Notes: a model not told the origin generated them from the sequence alone. A stretch of 64,000 nucleotides of DNA from Octopus vulgaris (GCA_951406725.2 OX597830.1:33604001-33668000), one strand, 5' to 3'; numbered from the stretch's first letter, positions 13,043 to 25,380 are shown. A program made the numbers and translations.

Positions 13043-13590
13043 TTTTCTTTTAAAAACTAAGGGTTATATTACAGGTTTAAGAAGTTATCATTGCTACTCC
13101 CTACATGATATTTATAGTTTCTTAGTGCTACTTGTTTAGAAGAGTTATTTATATAAAGGCCCTTATAAATACTAAGATCAGGAGGGTAGAGCCATTTAAG
13201 AAAGAGATAAATCAAGTAATTTATAAAGATCATTTCAAACAATATTGTCTTATTGCATAAAGTTAAAATTTAGGGTAATCAAGAAGATTATTAAGGATGA
13301 AATTTTAACAAAAGGATGAAATTTCTTTGAATATTTTGAGTGTATACCAAATCTTTACCACAATAGCAGGAGGAAAAAGAAAATTGCAAAGAAATAGTTT
13401 AATATTTATTTACTTATTACTTATCTAAATATTCACTTACTATATGGTTTCTATGGAGATTGATCAATTGGATTAAACTAGTATTGTAAATTATATACTG
13501 TTGTGTCTGGGGAGAGTCATTTTATTTTTGTGCCTTATTATGTAACACACTCACTGATGAAATTTCCACATTTTTCTTATTTTTATTGTC

Positions 13591-13629
13591 CTAAAATTTT
13601 CTCTTTGCGTCTTGCAACCTTTTCAATAG
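13591..13629 (-). ncRNA. Putative minimal hammerhead with U3-A8 core, imperfect
   Basis: CUA-UUGAAAA-GG-UUGC AAGAC GCAA-AGA-GAAA AU UU-UAG. Confidence 0.4.
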
Positions 13630-13683
13630 TTTTGACTAGTGTGTTACATAATAAGGCACAAAAAGAAAATGACTCTCCCCAGA

Positions 13684-13849
13684 CAGGAGTAGCTGTGTGG
13701 TAAGTAGCTTGCTAACCAACCACATGGTTAGGGTTCATTCCCACTGCGTGGCATCTTGGGTAAGTGTCTTCTGCTATAGCCCCGGGCCGACCAATGCCTT
13801 GTGAGTGGATTTGGTAGACGGAAACTGAAAGAAGCCTGTCATATATATG

Positions 13850-13880
<31 letters not shown>

Positions 13881-14102
13881 ATGTTTGTGTGTCTGTGTTT
13901 GTCCCCCTAGCATTGCTTGACAACCGATGCTGGTGTGTTTAAGTCCCCATCACTTAGCGGTTCGGCAAAAGAGACCGATAGAATAAGTACTGGGTTTACA
14001 AAGAATAAGTCCCGGGGTCGATTTGCTCGACTAAAGGCGGTGCTCCAGCATGGCCGTAGTCAAATGACTGAAACAAGTAAAATAGTAAAAGAGTAAAGAG
14101 AG
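13684..14102 (+). mobile_element. SINE family A nested in the fold-back element
   Basis: Near full-length match to 6891-7310; possible agaca duplication at its ends. Confidence 0.93.
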
Positions 14103-14599
14103 AGACACAGCAGAATACACTTCAACACATGAACTCATATAAAGAATCTTGCAAACCAAATCCAAAAACGAAGTAAATTATATAATTCTTAAGATTAATG
14201 TCAGTAGCCATTCCGTCATTCATGAAAAATTACAAAAATCCTTGTATGGAACAGTTCCAGTCTCACAGTTCCAGTGATGTGGTGTTTGGCTGTTGTGCAT
14301 GTGTGCACATTCCAAGGAAAGAAGCTGCACACTGGTTAGAGAGAGAGCACTGCTGTTTTATTGAATAGAAAATTTGAATAATTTAACCATGACCTCCTCG
14401 CATCCCCAAGAAATAAGTTCTGTGACTGTAAGTGAACTTCAACAGCTTAAGTTTTCACAGTTGTCTCTCCATGAGAAAGTTACAGTCAAGAAAAGAGGCT
14501 GTTCAACACCTGACATTAAAATATCTCAGCCAGGAATAAGCAACAACAATGTTGCCGACAGGAAATTTGGCTCTGCAGCTGTCAAATGAAAAATGCATT

Positions 14600-15048
<449 letters not shown>

Positions 15049-15161
15049 TGAAACATGCATTGTTTTGCTTCCTGTGTTTTCTGTTTGGGGGTGATGTAAC
15101 ATGGACAAAAGACTGTTTTAGAAATATAAACAAAATGAAAGAAAAATAAAAAAAACATGAA

Positions 15162-15440
15162 GCAGGAATGGCAGTGTAGTAAGTAGCTTGCTTACCAACC
15201 ACATGGTCATTGTGGCTGATGCCGGTGCTGCTTGACTGGCTTCCATGCTGGCGGTACATAAAAGCATTCACTAGACTCTTGGAGTGGTTGGCATTAGGAA
15301 GGGCATCCAGCTGTCGAAACCTTGCCAAATCAGATTGGAGACTGCTGCAGCCTCCCAGCTCACTAGTTCTCAGTCAAACCGTCCAATCCGTGCCAGCATG
15401 GAAAGTAGACGTCAAACGACGATGACGACGACGATGATGT
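15162..15440 (+). mobile_element. SINE with a family A head and family E tail
   Basis: caggaatggcagtgtagtaagtagcttgc head joined to ggcattaggaagggcatccagc..gatgacgacg tail. Confidence 0.85.
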
Positions 15441-17324
15441 TTATGACGGTTTCAGGTTTTGGTTAGAGCTTTCCCGTCAGATTATGCCTCATGTTGAAGT
15501 AATTTACAACCAAATGCAATCTTGAGAAATTAGTGTGTTTAAAGTCAATGAATATATAACAGGTTTCAAAAATTGCTGCTTTAGAAATAAGAAACTTGAA
15601 GCACTGGGAGAATCCTTCAAAGAAACTCATAGCAGAAGCAGAGGAAGTGTGTGACTGCATATGTATTGATATAATAGAGAGATGTTCTTCCACTAAACAC
15701 TTACTTGCTGCTAAATTGTTCAACAAGGAAAGCTTCACTAGTTTTAAGAACGAATTGCCTCCTACAGAAGAGATAGTACTGACCACTGAAGTATATCTCT
15801 TGTCTGACAAAGAAAATCTTGAAACTCATCTGAAAGTATTCTGTTGTAGATCCGATATGCATAAATACTGCAAATTAATTGAGCTGCTGAAATTGATCTT
15901 GGAAAACAATTTAGATGTTTCTAGTAGTGAAATTACAAAACTGATAAAAATCCTCTTGACAGTTCCCATGACTACAGCAGAGGCAGAATGCTGCTTTCCA
16001 ATACTGAAAAGAATAAAAACTTTTCTAAGGAGCATTCTGAATCCTAAAAGACTAAATACACTTGCAGTGCTTTTAATGGAGAAAAATTTCCTTGGGTCAT
16101 CCAGGGATCAAGGAGAAAATTATCAACCTTTTCACTCAAAGTAAAACAAGAAGAGTGAATTACATTTTTAAATGAATAGATCAGGCGTGAACTGTAGTAA
16201 ACTTTTACAAATGTACTAGTGAGGCTTAATAGTTTGTTACTGATAACTCAAAGAATTACTGCAGTGGATGCTTCAAGTGAATGAACAATGGTAGAATATC
16301 TTAAAAGAATGACTGGAGAAGACTGGAGAATGACTGCTCCATGATAAACAATGAAATTTGTCAAATGATACTAAATGTAATGAGTCAAAGAAATTAAATT
16401 CACAGATTAGAGAAAATGATTTTAATGACAAATTCAAGGGAGATAATCACTGTATTTAAATTAATAAAAAATTACAGTATTATCATGTGTCAAAAACGCT
16501 ATTTTTTAATATTTCGTTTTTATTCTTTTTTCTAAAATAAGTTTTAAAAGGTACAAAGCTAAATTATCTGATTGTTGATGTCATTAGAATTTAGAAGCTT
16601 CAACATTTTCTATTCGAAATTTTTTAACTTAATTTCTACAAGCAATACTTTTCATTGCGTTATCTGCTTCAACTCCTATCATTCCAAAAACATTATTTGA
16701 TTGGCTCATTCTGGTTGAAAATTACAAGAGAGACAATCTCAGTTCAAATTAGAATTTGTTTCATATATTTTTTTCTGGTTTCGGGGATGCTGCTTCCCTT
16801 TTCAGCTTCCTACAATGTTTCGATTACTATGCATACTTGAGAACAGTGGTTACATTTTTGCATTGGAGGAACGTTATCTATGCTAAACTTGTCCTATTTT
16901 TATGCTGTAAATGAGAAAGTTAAAATGCAGAGTATAAGTGTTCAGCAAAACATATACGTCATGCTTTTAATCCACAAACAAAACATCTTGATAAGATATG
17001 TGGAAATACAGAGGTGTTATTTTTATGTTCTTTTACCCAAAATTTTCAAATAAGAATCGCTGAGCATTTTCAGAGTCCGAGCATCTAGGGCACCGGAAAA
17101 TTCAGTAAAAACAAATAGAATTTAATGCAGAATGATTATAATCTGTGGCAGCACAAAGATAACTTCGAGCATGTTTCAGTTTTATTTGACATCGTCAGCA
17201 CAGCATAATTGGTTTTCCTATTCGTTAAAGTTGCAGTTTTAATTCAGCCAAATTTATAGGTTTGTTAGATTCATTGCTTTAGTACTCATTTCACAATTTT
17301 TTTAATGTAGTAACCATTTCTCCT

Positions 17325-17635
17325 CCTGCCGGTGGCACGTAAAAAGCACCATCTAATCGTGGCCATTGCCAGCCTCGCCTGGCCTCCGTGCTGGTGGCAC
17401 GTAAAAAGCACCCTATCCGATCGTGGCCGTTTGCCAGCCTTGTCTGGCACCTGTGCCAGTGGCACGTAAAAAGCACCCACTAGACTCATGGAGTGGTTGG
17501 CGTTAGGAAGGGTATCCAGCCGTAGAAACATTGCCAGATCAGACTGGGCCTGGTGCAGCCTTCTGGCTTCTCAGACCCCAGTTGCACTGTCCGATCCATG
17601 CCAGCATAGAAAGCGGACGCTAAACGATGATGATA
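17325..17635 (+). mobile_element. SINE family E with three internal ~64 bp units
   Basis: gtggcacgtaaaaagcacc x3, then the standard family E tail. Confidence 0.88.
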
Positions 17636-17720
17636 CCTGCACTCCTTGTTATTCATTAAAAATATAAAACCGTTTTTGGAGCAAGATTTCATCTTTCTCT
17701 ACAGAGAGAGTATTGCTCAT

Positions 17721-18111
17721 AGGTGCAGGAGTGGCTATGTGGTAAGTAGCTTGCTTACCAGCCACATGGTTCTGGGTTCAGTCCCACTGTGTGGCACCTT
17801 GAGAAAGTGTCTCCTACTATAGCATCGGGTCGACCAAAGCCTTGTGAGTGGATTTGGTAGGTGGAAACTGAAAGAAGCCCATTACATATATATATATGTG
17901 TGTGTGTGTTTGTGTGTCAGTGTTCATCCCCCCAACATGACTTGACAACTGATGTTGGTGTGTTTACGTCCCTATGATTTAGCAGTTCGGCAAAAGAGAC
18001 AGTTAGAACAAATACCAGGCTTACAAAGAATAAGTCCTGGGGTCGATTTGCTCAACTAAAAGCGGTGCTCCAACATGGCCACAGTCAAATGACTGAAACA
18101 AGTAAAAGAGT
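17721..18111 (+). mobile_element. SINE family A
   Basis: Full-length match. Confidence 0.92.
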
Positions 18112-19429
18112 ATGGATACATTTTAGAAGTTAGACGTTAGTGTTAATGTGTACATAAGTGTGTATGTGTAGCAGAAATAACATATTGTAATTGAGTATTT
18201 CTCAGTTATATAAACAACATTCTGGTGACAAAGAAAAGAACATTGCCAGTCTTTTTTGTATGTCCATTACAGTAGCCGTCTCCTAGCATGCTTATCAGAG
18301 TGAAAGATAGAGCCGCTATGCTTCGTGGTAAAGGTAATTGCTTTTGTCATTGAGTTAATTACGATTGTCATTTACTTAATTATGATCGAGCAGACTTATG
18401 ACCAAAGCCATTCCAAGCAGGACAATCTTGCACTTTTAGGAGATTCTTGAACCACGTTTTCCATAGCATAGTGTGGGTTTTGGAGATCTTTTGTGATCAC
18501 TAAATTGGTCACCAAATTCCTTGGACATAAGTTTGCTTTCCTTGCAATTGAGGACACACTTCGTCCTCAATGAGCCTTAGTGAGTGTAAAAACAATAATT
18601 ATTTGACTATTTCAGGTAAAAACAATAATTATTTGACTATTTCAGGTAAAAAAAATTCAGGGAAGACAGTTACAGATTAAGAATTCAAATTAATTAAAAT
18701 TTGTTTTCCTCGATACGCTTTGTCTTATTTCCAACAATGCTAATAGTTATATGCTTAAAATGTCTGCATGCGAATTACATTGTAATTCCAACTTCAGTCC
18801 TCTTCATTCATAGCAATCAGTGTAACTGGAGAAGCAGAAACTACATGGAAGCCTATTAGAGATATTGACTCTACTCTAGAGCGGCCAGTGTAATGTGTTG
18901 GCTATTTGAACATCAACATTTGACCATTGGGAGATTTTGTAGAGTCCACTCTGCTGCAATTATTCAACAAGGACTCCAGTCCACTGTTCACCTCTCTTAC
19001 GCTCACCACTCTTGGCAATTCTGGAAAAGAGTAATGAGTTCTAACCTTGCTTCTCTGAGTATGCCAGGCCAAAATCTTCGATAATGAAATTACTGTCTCT
19101 TTTTTATTGCCCGAAGACTTTCTACCTAATTGTCAACATAAATACATACCTCCTTATGTACTTACATACCTACATAGCTGACTACCCAATCAACTTACCT
19201 ATCTATTAACACTTTCAACTGTTTATGTCTATCCAAATGTCAATCCATTTACCTGCCTCACTATCCATCTATCAACCTCTTTATAGTAGCCTGTTTATCA
19301 CTTTACTACTTTCTCTCTCTCTCTCTCTCACTCTCTCTCTTGATATTTGTGGCTGTCTATTTGTATATCCATGTTTCTATCTGCTGATCTCTCTGTCTAT
19401 TTATATATCTGTCAATTTGTCTATATCTG

Positions 19430-19441
19430 TTTATGTCCATG

Positions 19442-19479
<38 letters not shown>

Positions 19480-19566
19480 CCTACATGTCTATCTGTCTGT
19501 CTGTCTATCTATCTGTCTATCTGTCTGTCTGTCTATCTATCTCTGTCTGTCTATCTATCTGTCTGG

Positions 19567-19607
<41 letters not shown>

Positions 19608-19690
19608 CCTCTTTCTGTCTTTCTTTCTTTCTTTCTATCTTTCTATCTTTCTATCATTCTTTCTTTCTTTCTTTCTATCTTTCTATCTTA

Positions 19691-19724
<34 letters not shown>

Positions 19725-19725
19725 G
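19430..19725. repeat. (TCTA)n/(TCTG)n/(TTTC)n compound microsatellite
   Basis: Direct. Confidence 0.95.
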
Positions 19726-20019
19726 TCTAGCTGTGTATCTATCTGCAAGTGTGTTTGCGTGTCTACCTATCCACCTATACGCTTACATCTAAATCAACCA
19801 TTGCCATCATTTATTCTGTCCATTGTATAATAATTATTATTAATAATATCACGTTAACAAAAATTTCGCCCTTAGAATTGCATTGTATTCCTGTCAATAC
19901 CTTCTGCAAATTTTAGACCATCTTCTGGCTGCTGCTTGTTGAGTAAAGACTGTTGAGTAAAGATTTGTTGGCTAAAGACTGTTGTCTTTTAGTTCTCTTT
20001 TTAAATTTCAGCTGTGATA

Positions 20020-20455
20020 ATTCTTTTATTCTTTTATTTGTTTCAGCCATTTGACTGTGGCCATGCTGGAGCATCACCTGTAGTCGACGAAATCAACCCC
20101 AGGACTTATTCTTTGTCAACCTAGTTCTTATTCTATTGGTATCTTTTGCTGAACCGCTAAGTTACGGGGACGTAAACACACCAGCACCAGTTGTCAAGCG
20201 ATGTTGGGGCGACAAACACAAGCACATAAACACACACGTACACACATACACACACACACACACACCATACATACATAATATATCTATATATATGACAGGC
20301 TTCTTTTGGCTTCTATCTATCAAATCCACTCACAAGGCTTTGATCGGCCTGAGGCTATGGTACAAGACACTTGCTCAAGGGGCCACGCAGTGGGACTGAA
20401 CCCGGAACCATGTGATTGGGAAGCAAGCTTCTTACCACAGAGCCACTCCTGTGCA
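20020..20455 (-). mobile_element. SINE family A
   Basis: Full-length reverse match. Confidence 0.92.
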
Positions 20456-20514
20456 TCTATGACAACTTTTTATACATATGTTCATTTATATAAAGTTAAA
20501 TTCTATTGTGAAGT

Positions 20515-20660
20515 TTTATGGCCTGATGGTTTGGTTACTGGGATCGTGAGCATAGGGTTGTGGGTTTGAATCCTAGACAGGGCAGTGTATTTTCTTCCTT
20601 GAGCATGACACTTCATTTCACAATAATCCAGTAAACTCAATTAAAATGAGTACCAGCTGA
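20515..20660 (+). mobile_element. SINE family F head fragment
   Basis: tggcctgatggtt..gggtttgaatcctagacagggc..ccttgagcatgacacttcatttcac..aaaatgagtacc. Confidence 0.65.
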
Positions 20661-20811
20661 GTGTTAGTGCATCTCACTCATTCATTCTCTCTCTATGTGT
20701 TTATGTGTTTGTGTGTGTATGCGTGTGCATATGTGTGTGTATGTGTGTGTGTGTGTTTGTGTGTAAATGTGAAAGTGCATGACTAAGTGTTTACAGTATA
20801 TATATATATAT

Positions 20812-20980
20812 ATAATTATAACTATAATTAAGGGTTTAGTAACAATTTGCTTCACCACATCTGTGGAGTCATATTTTGTAGTGAAAAGAAATAATGGTCT
20901 TTTGGCTGCTATTTCTAAATTTTCGATATGTGGTGAAGCAACATGTTGCTAAACCCTTAATTATTGTTATAATTATATAT
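20812..20980. repeat. Fold-back with ~50 bp inverted arms
   Basis: ataattataactataattaagggtttagtaacaatttgcttcaccacat vs atgtggtgaagcaacatgttgctaaacccttaattattgttataattat. Confidence 0.8.
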
Positions 20981-21091
20981 AAAAAAACTTTTTGTATAAG
21001 TTTTGACCGAATATGGTTCGTTTCCATACCAAAACTACTTGGTAAAATTCATTAATTATTAAATTAAATTAATAATTCTTTACTCTATATC

Positions 21092-21157
<66 letters not shown>

Positions 21158-21160
<3 letters not shown>

Positions 21161-21500
21161 CAGCATGGAAGGTGTTTGTAAGCCATTTAAGAAACACACA
21201 AAGCCGTTCGATTCACATCAACATTTAAGTTTAATTTGTCAAAATATTTTCGTTGCTATAAGACCGCGACCTGTTCACTGACAAAAATCCGATGCAGCAT
21301 GGATTTTTGTCAGTGAACAGGTCATGGTCTTATAGCAACAAAAATATTTTGACAAATTAAACTTAAATGTTGAAGTGAATCGAACAGCTTTTGTGTGTTT
21401 CTTAAATGGCTTACAAACACCTTCCATGCTGCAATTGTTTTCGTTCCAGCACACACGATCACAGATCAAATCACTTGCTATGCAAGTACATCTCCGTAAT
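21158..21500. mobile_element. Palindromic Penelope-like repeat (arms 21158-21290 / 21301-21434) inside (TA)n
   Basis: ~133 bp arms with a 10 bp spacer; single-arm homologues at 25423-25625 and 40078-40285. Confidence 0.88.
21235..21285 (-). ncRNA. Minimal hammerhead with G3-C8 core
   Basis: UUUGUCA-GUGAACA-G-GUCGC GGUCUUAUA GCAAC-GAAA AUAU UU-UGACAAA; a more decayed mirror copy lies at 21306-21356 (+). Confidence 0.65.
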
Positions 21501-21769
21501 ATATATATATATATATTTATATATTTATATATATATTTATATTTATATTTATACATGTGTGTGTGCGTGTGTGTGTATACACATTATTATTTTTAAATCT
21601 CTCTAAAGGAGTCTACGGCAGCAGTACTGGGTATTACGGGTATTAATAGTTATTGCCAAGCTAACATAGTAGTCCCAGAGAAACAGGATGAATGCTGCCA
21701 TTGATTAGCTCCAAACCTGTGTCCATTACAACTTTCGAACAGGGGAGGTCAGCAGCTTCCCCTTACTGG

Positions 21770-21816
21770 CTCAACACAGACTAGCTTCTGGGTGTTTGCC
21801 CCTTATCAATGTAGAG
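21770..21816 (-). ncRNA. Minimal hammerhead with U3-A8 core, GUC site
   Basis: CUCUACA-UUGAUAA-GGGG CAAACA CCCA-GAA-GC UA GU-C-UGUG(UU)GAG. Confidence 0.55.
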
Positions 21817-21954
21817 TACGTGAACCCAGCAGGTGTCGCTGTATACTGTCTGTTCGAAGGTTTATTTATATATATTCAGTGGAACACATCCATTGGTTTT
21901 CAATCAGACGGTCAACAGACAGTCTCTAGTTCATGAAGGCAGTGACTGGTGACT

Positions 21955-22255
21955 AAGACCCTTGGTGATATACCGTGCTTGTGTTAACCTGTCAAGCTAG
22001 GTGACACTTCAGTCATAACCAATGGTGATGTCGGGTCAATAGCTCCCATGCAGATGGCACATAAAAGACACCCACTACACTCTTGAAGTGGTTGGCATTA
22101 GGAAGGACATCCAGTCATAGAAACCTTGCCAAATCAGATTGGAACCTGGTGCAACCCCTCCCTTTCTGGCTTCCCAGTTTCCTGTCAGACTGTCCAACCC
22201 ATGCCCGCAGAGAAAGCAGACATTGAACAATGATGATGATGATGATGATGATGAC
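21955..22255 (+). mobile_element. SINE family E
   Basis: gtggttggcattaggaaggacatccag..tccaacccatgcc..(GAT)n. Confidence 0.85.
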
Positions 22256-22292
<37 letters not shown>

Positions 22293-22309
22293 CATATATA
22301 TCCACAGGA

Positions 22310-22600
22310 ATTATGGCCTAATGGTTAGGATGTTGCCCTCACAGCTGCGAGATTGTGGTTTCAATTCATGAAAAGGCAGTGTATTGTGTTCCTGAGCAAA
22401 GCACTACACCTCATGTAGTACTGCATTCACTTCAACACCTGATGTGTGGTACACTGTGCACCTGTTCAGGTAATGTTGATTTTATGGAGGGAGTGAGCTA
22501 ACATACAACACATACATTTGATCACCACAAACAAATCAGGTGGGTTCAGCAAGAAAGTACAGAACCACTTTACCTGAACTATGGAAGACCACCACCACAT
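22310..22600 (+). mobile_element. tRNA-derived SINE with an F/B-like head, degenerate
   Basis: tggcctaatggttagg..gtggtttcaattc..gtgttcctgagcaaagcactac. Confidence 0.6.
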
Positions 22601-23635
22601 ATTCCACATTGCAGTAACCAATAGTCAGAACTCAAAATATACATTGGCATTAAAACACCATGTCAGAATAGAAATAAGAAAAGAAAAAAAAAAAAAACAA
22701 GAGCTAAGTAATCACATTTCTTAGCTTACGGCTGTTTCTACAGTAAGTGTGCAGCTAGAGCTGAGTGCTCATGCAACATCTTGTCCCTTCTTCAGAGCCA
22801 TTGGCATTTATTTTAGTGGCCAGGTTTAAACCTTTCAGAACATTTCTTGATTAAACCAGATTAAAATCTATAACTTTAGCAGCATTGAAGAATTAACGCA
22901 GCTTATATCCAAGAATTAAAACCAAGTCATTGCTCCACTTAGCCAAAGATTAGCATCCCCTTCATCTACTATCTCTCTTTTACATCTTCTTCCCCTTTTC
23001 ACTCTCTCTTTTTTCTGTTTGATTTCTCTCTCTCTCTCTCTCTCATCTCTTTCTTCCTTTTCTTTCTTCTCTATTTACTCCACCCACTTTTTCCTTTTCA
23101 TCTCCTTTCTCCCCACGACTTTCTTCACCTCTTCCCCATCTCATTTCCTCATTTCACTCTATCACCTTATTTCTTTCTTTTCCAACACACACACGCACAC
23201 ATACACACACATCCCCTCCTCTTTTACTCTTTCTATTTATATACAGATCCCTCTCTCTCTGCCTTTCCACTTCTCTTTCTTTCTGTGTTCATATATATAT
23301 ATATATATATATATATCATACACACAGACGTAAAACACTTGCTTATCCCCACATCATGTTTATTTCATTTAAGCAACATTCTCAAAACTTGATGTCTATC
23401 TTCTGCTCTGTGTTCAACTTAATTTATTTATTCTTTTCTCCTTATCTTACTATATTTCTGCCTGACTCAGCTATTGAAGTTCCATCATATTCAACTGTAA
23501 GCTACAAGTTGTGTTTGGCTTAAATCTGTGGGTGGTGATGCTATTTCTTCTGATGGTGGCAATGACTTAAAAAACAAAACAAAACAAAAAAAAAACAACC
23601 AAAAGCTATGATGCCTTTAAAAAAAAAAAGTTTTT

Positions 23636-23690
23636 AGCTAAACCATGCTCCTAGTAAATCTGGGTGAGAGAGTATAGGAAGGGCGCCAGT

Positions 23691-23736
<46 letters not shown>

Positions 23737-24007
23737 ATATACACACACACCACAGGCGCCCTATCTATATATATATGTATGTATATATATATATATACAT
23801 ATGTATACACACACACACACACGCATATATATATATATATATATACACATAGCTAGTTAGTAGTTAGTTAAGTCAGTTAAACCATGCTGCTGTTAAACCT
23901 GAGTAAGAGGGTATATGAACAGTACATATGTATGTATGTATATATATATATATGTATATATATATAATGATAAATCTCAGATATATATATATATATATTT
24001 ATATATA

Positions 24008-24053
<46 letters not shown>

Positions 24054-24140
24054 TATATACTAGTTAGTAGTTTTGTTAAGTCAGTTAAACCATACTGCTG
24101 TTAAACCTGAGTGAGAGGTATAGGAACAGTACATATGTAT
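23636..24140 (+). repeat. Three composite tandem units: 55-80 bp core plus variable microsatellite
   Basis: ag(c/t)taaaccat(g/a)ct..taaa(t/c)ctg(g/a)gt(g/a)agag..gtata..aa at ~23637, ~23876 and ~24083. Confidence 0.8.
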
Positions 24141-24141
24141 G

Positions 24142-24195
<54 letters not shown>

Positions 24196-25074
24196 TTAGC
24201 TCATTTCCATGTTGAGGCTGGCTGCTTTCCAGCATGGCAGTCTGGCAGCAGCACCACCAGCAATAGCATCTGTGCAAGGAATTCTGGGTATATTTGGGTG
24301 TGTCTTGTATTGCATAAGAGTGTAAATGAATCTAGAGTAACAGAACAAAATTAAAAAAAAAACATAAAATAAAAAGCGTAGAAGTGTATTAGAAAAACTA
24401 GGGTAAAACAAAAACTGTTACGGTTTCTTGAGATAAACAGCTATTTGGAAGGTAAAGGTAGTGTGTGGAGATTTTATTCCTGTTTTAGCCTGTTGCTGTG
24501 GTAGATCTCTTTAATATTATTGTTACTGGGGTCTATCTACAACATACAAAAAATCACATGATAATTAATACATATGGACAATTACAAATTTTCACTTTCT
24601 TTTCGTATTTGCTTTCATTTCTTCCTTCTGCTTGAAGCTAATTTTTCTCTTTACCATTTTTCTGTAATCTTTATCATACATCATCATACATATCAATATT
24701 GTTATTTCTATTACTATCATTATTATTATTATTGTTATATTTATTCCAATCTTTATGATGTTGTTACTTCAACCATTTTCTGTTTTTTCATCTATTATTA
24801 TATTGTTCAGCCTCTGAGACATTTTCTACTTCCATAAATGTGTTAGTGATACTAATACACTGTAGTTCTTTCGATTCCAACAGCCTGTTGACCCATTTTC
24901 GAATGACGGCCGAATCAGCTAAAATACATTTCATGTAATTTTACTTTAATGCTTTCTGTTTGTTCCTTAAATATGAACTTTAACCTTTATATGACTATAT
25001 ACATCATGTGCGTATGTGTATGTATGCATGTGTGTGTATGTTTGTCTGTGTGGAAAATAGCCCTTCTTGTTAAG

Positions 25075-25380
25075 GGCAGGACTCTTCTATTACAGCTTTT
25101 GGGCAAACCATGGCCTTGTAATGGATTTTGAAGACGGAAACTGAAAGAAGCCTATCACATGTGCATTTGTGTGTTACTGCCTCCTGGTCTTTGCATCATG
25201 TAGAAGTTTTAAATAAGCATCACACTCATGCACGGGGTGTCCTTCATTCCTGATTTTCTATGGAAACATACCTCGCCAATGGGGAAACATTACCTTGCTT
25301 GGAAACAAGTGAGAGCTGGTGACAGGTAGAGCATTCATCCACAGAAAATCTGCCTCAACTAATTCTGTCTGACCTATAAC
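25075..25380 (+). mobile_element. SINE family G, degenerate
   Basis: gacggaaactgaaagaagcc..cttgcttggaaacaagtgagagctggtgacagg..gaaaatctgcctc; matches 48362-49015. Confidence 0.7.

Larger units (their letters stand above)
13498..14172. mobile_element. Penelope-like fold-back element with a 12 bp TSD, interrupted by SINE A
   Basis: TSD gtaaattatata at 13486-13497 and 14173-14184; arm 13498-13550 inverted at 13639-13685; homologous to 39436-39637. Confidence 0.8.

Noticed and set aside
17161-17205. Minus-strand CUGACGA..GAAAC
   Set aside because: Stem II is only 2 bp and there is no stem I partner
17330-17480. CRISPR-like repeat-spacer pattern
   Set aside because: Eukaryotic context, no cas genes, spacers are related to each other, and it lies inside a SINE
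18588-18650. 31 bp perfect tandem duplication; short ones also at 2988-3078, 16311-16330 and 19938-19985
   Set aside because: Ordinary slippage duplications with no further structure
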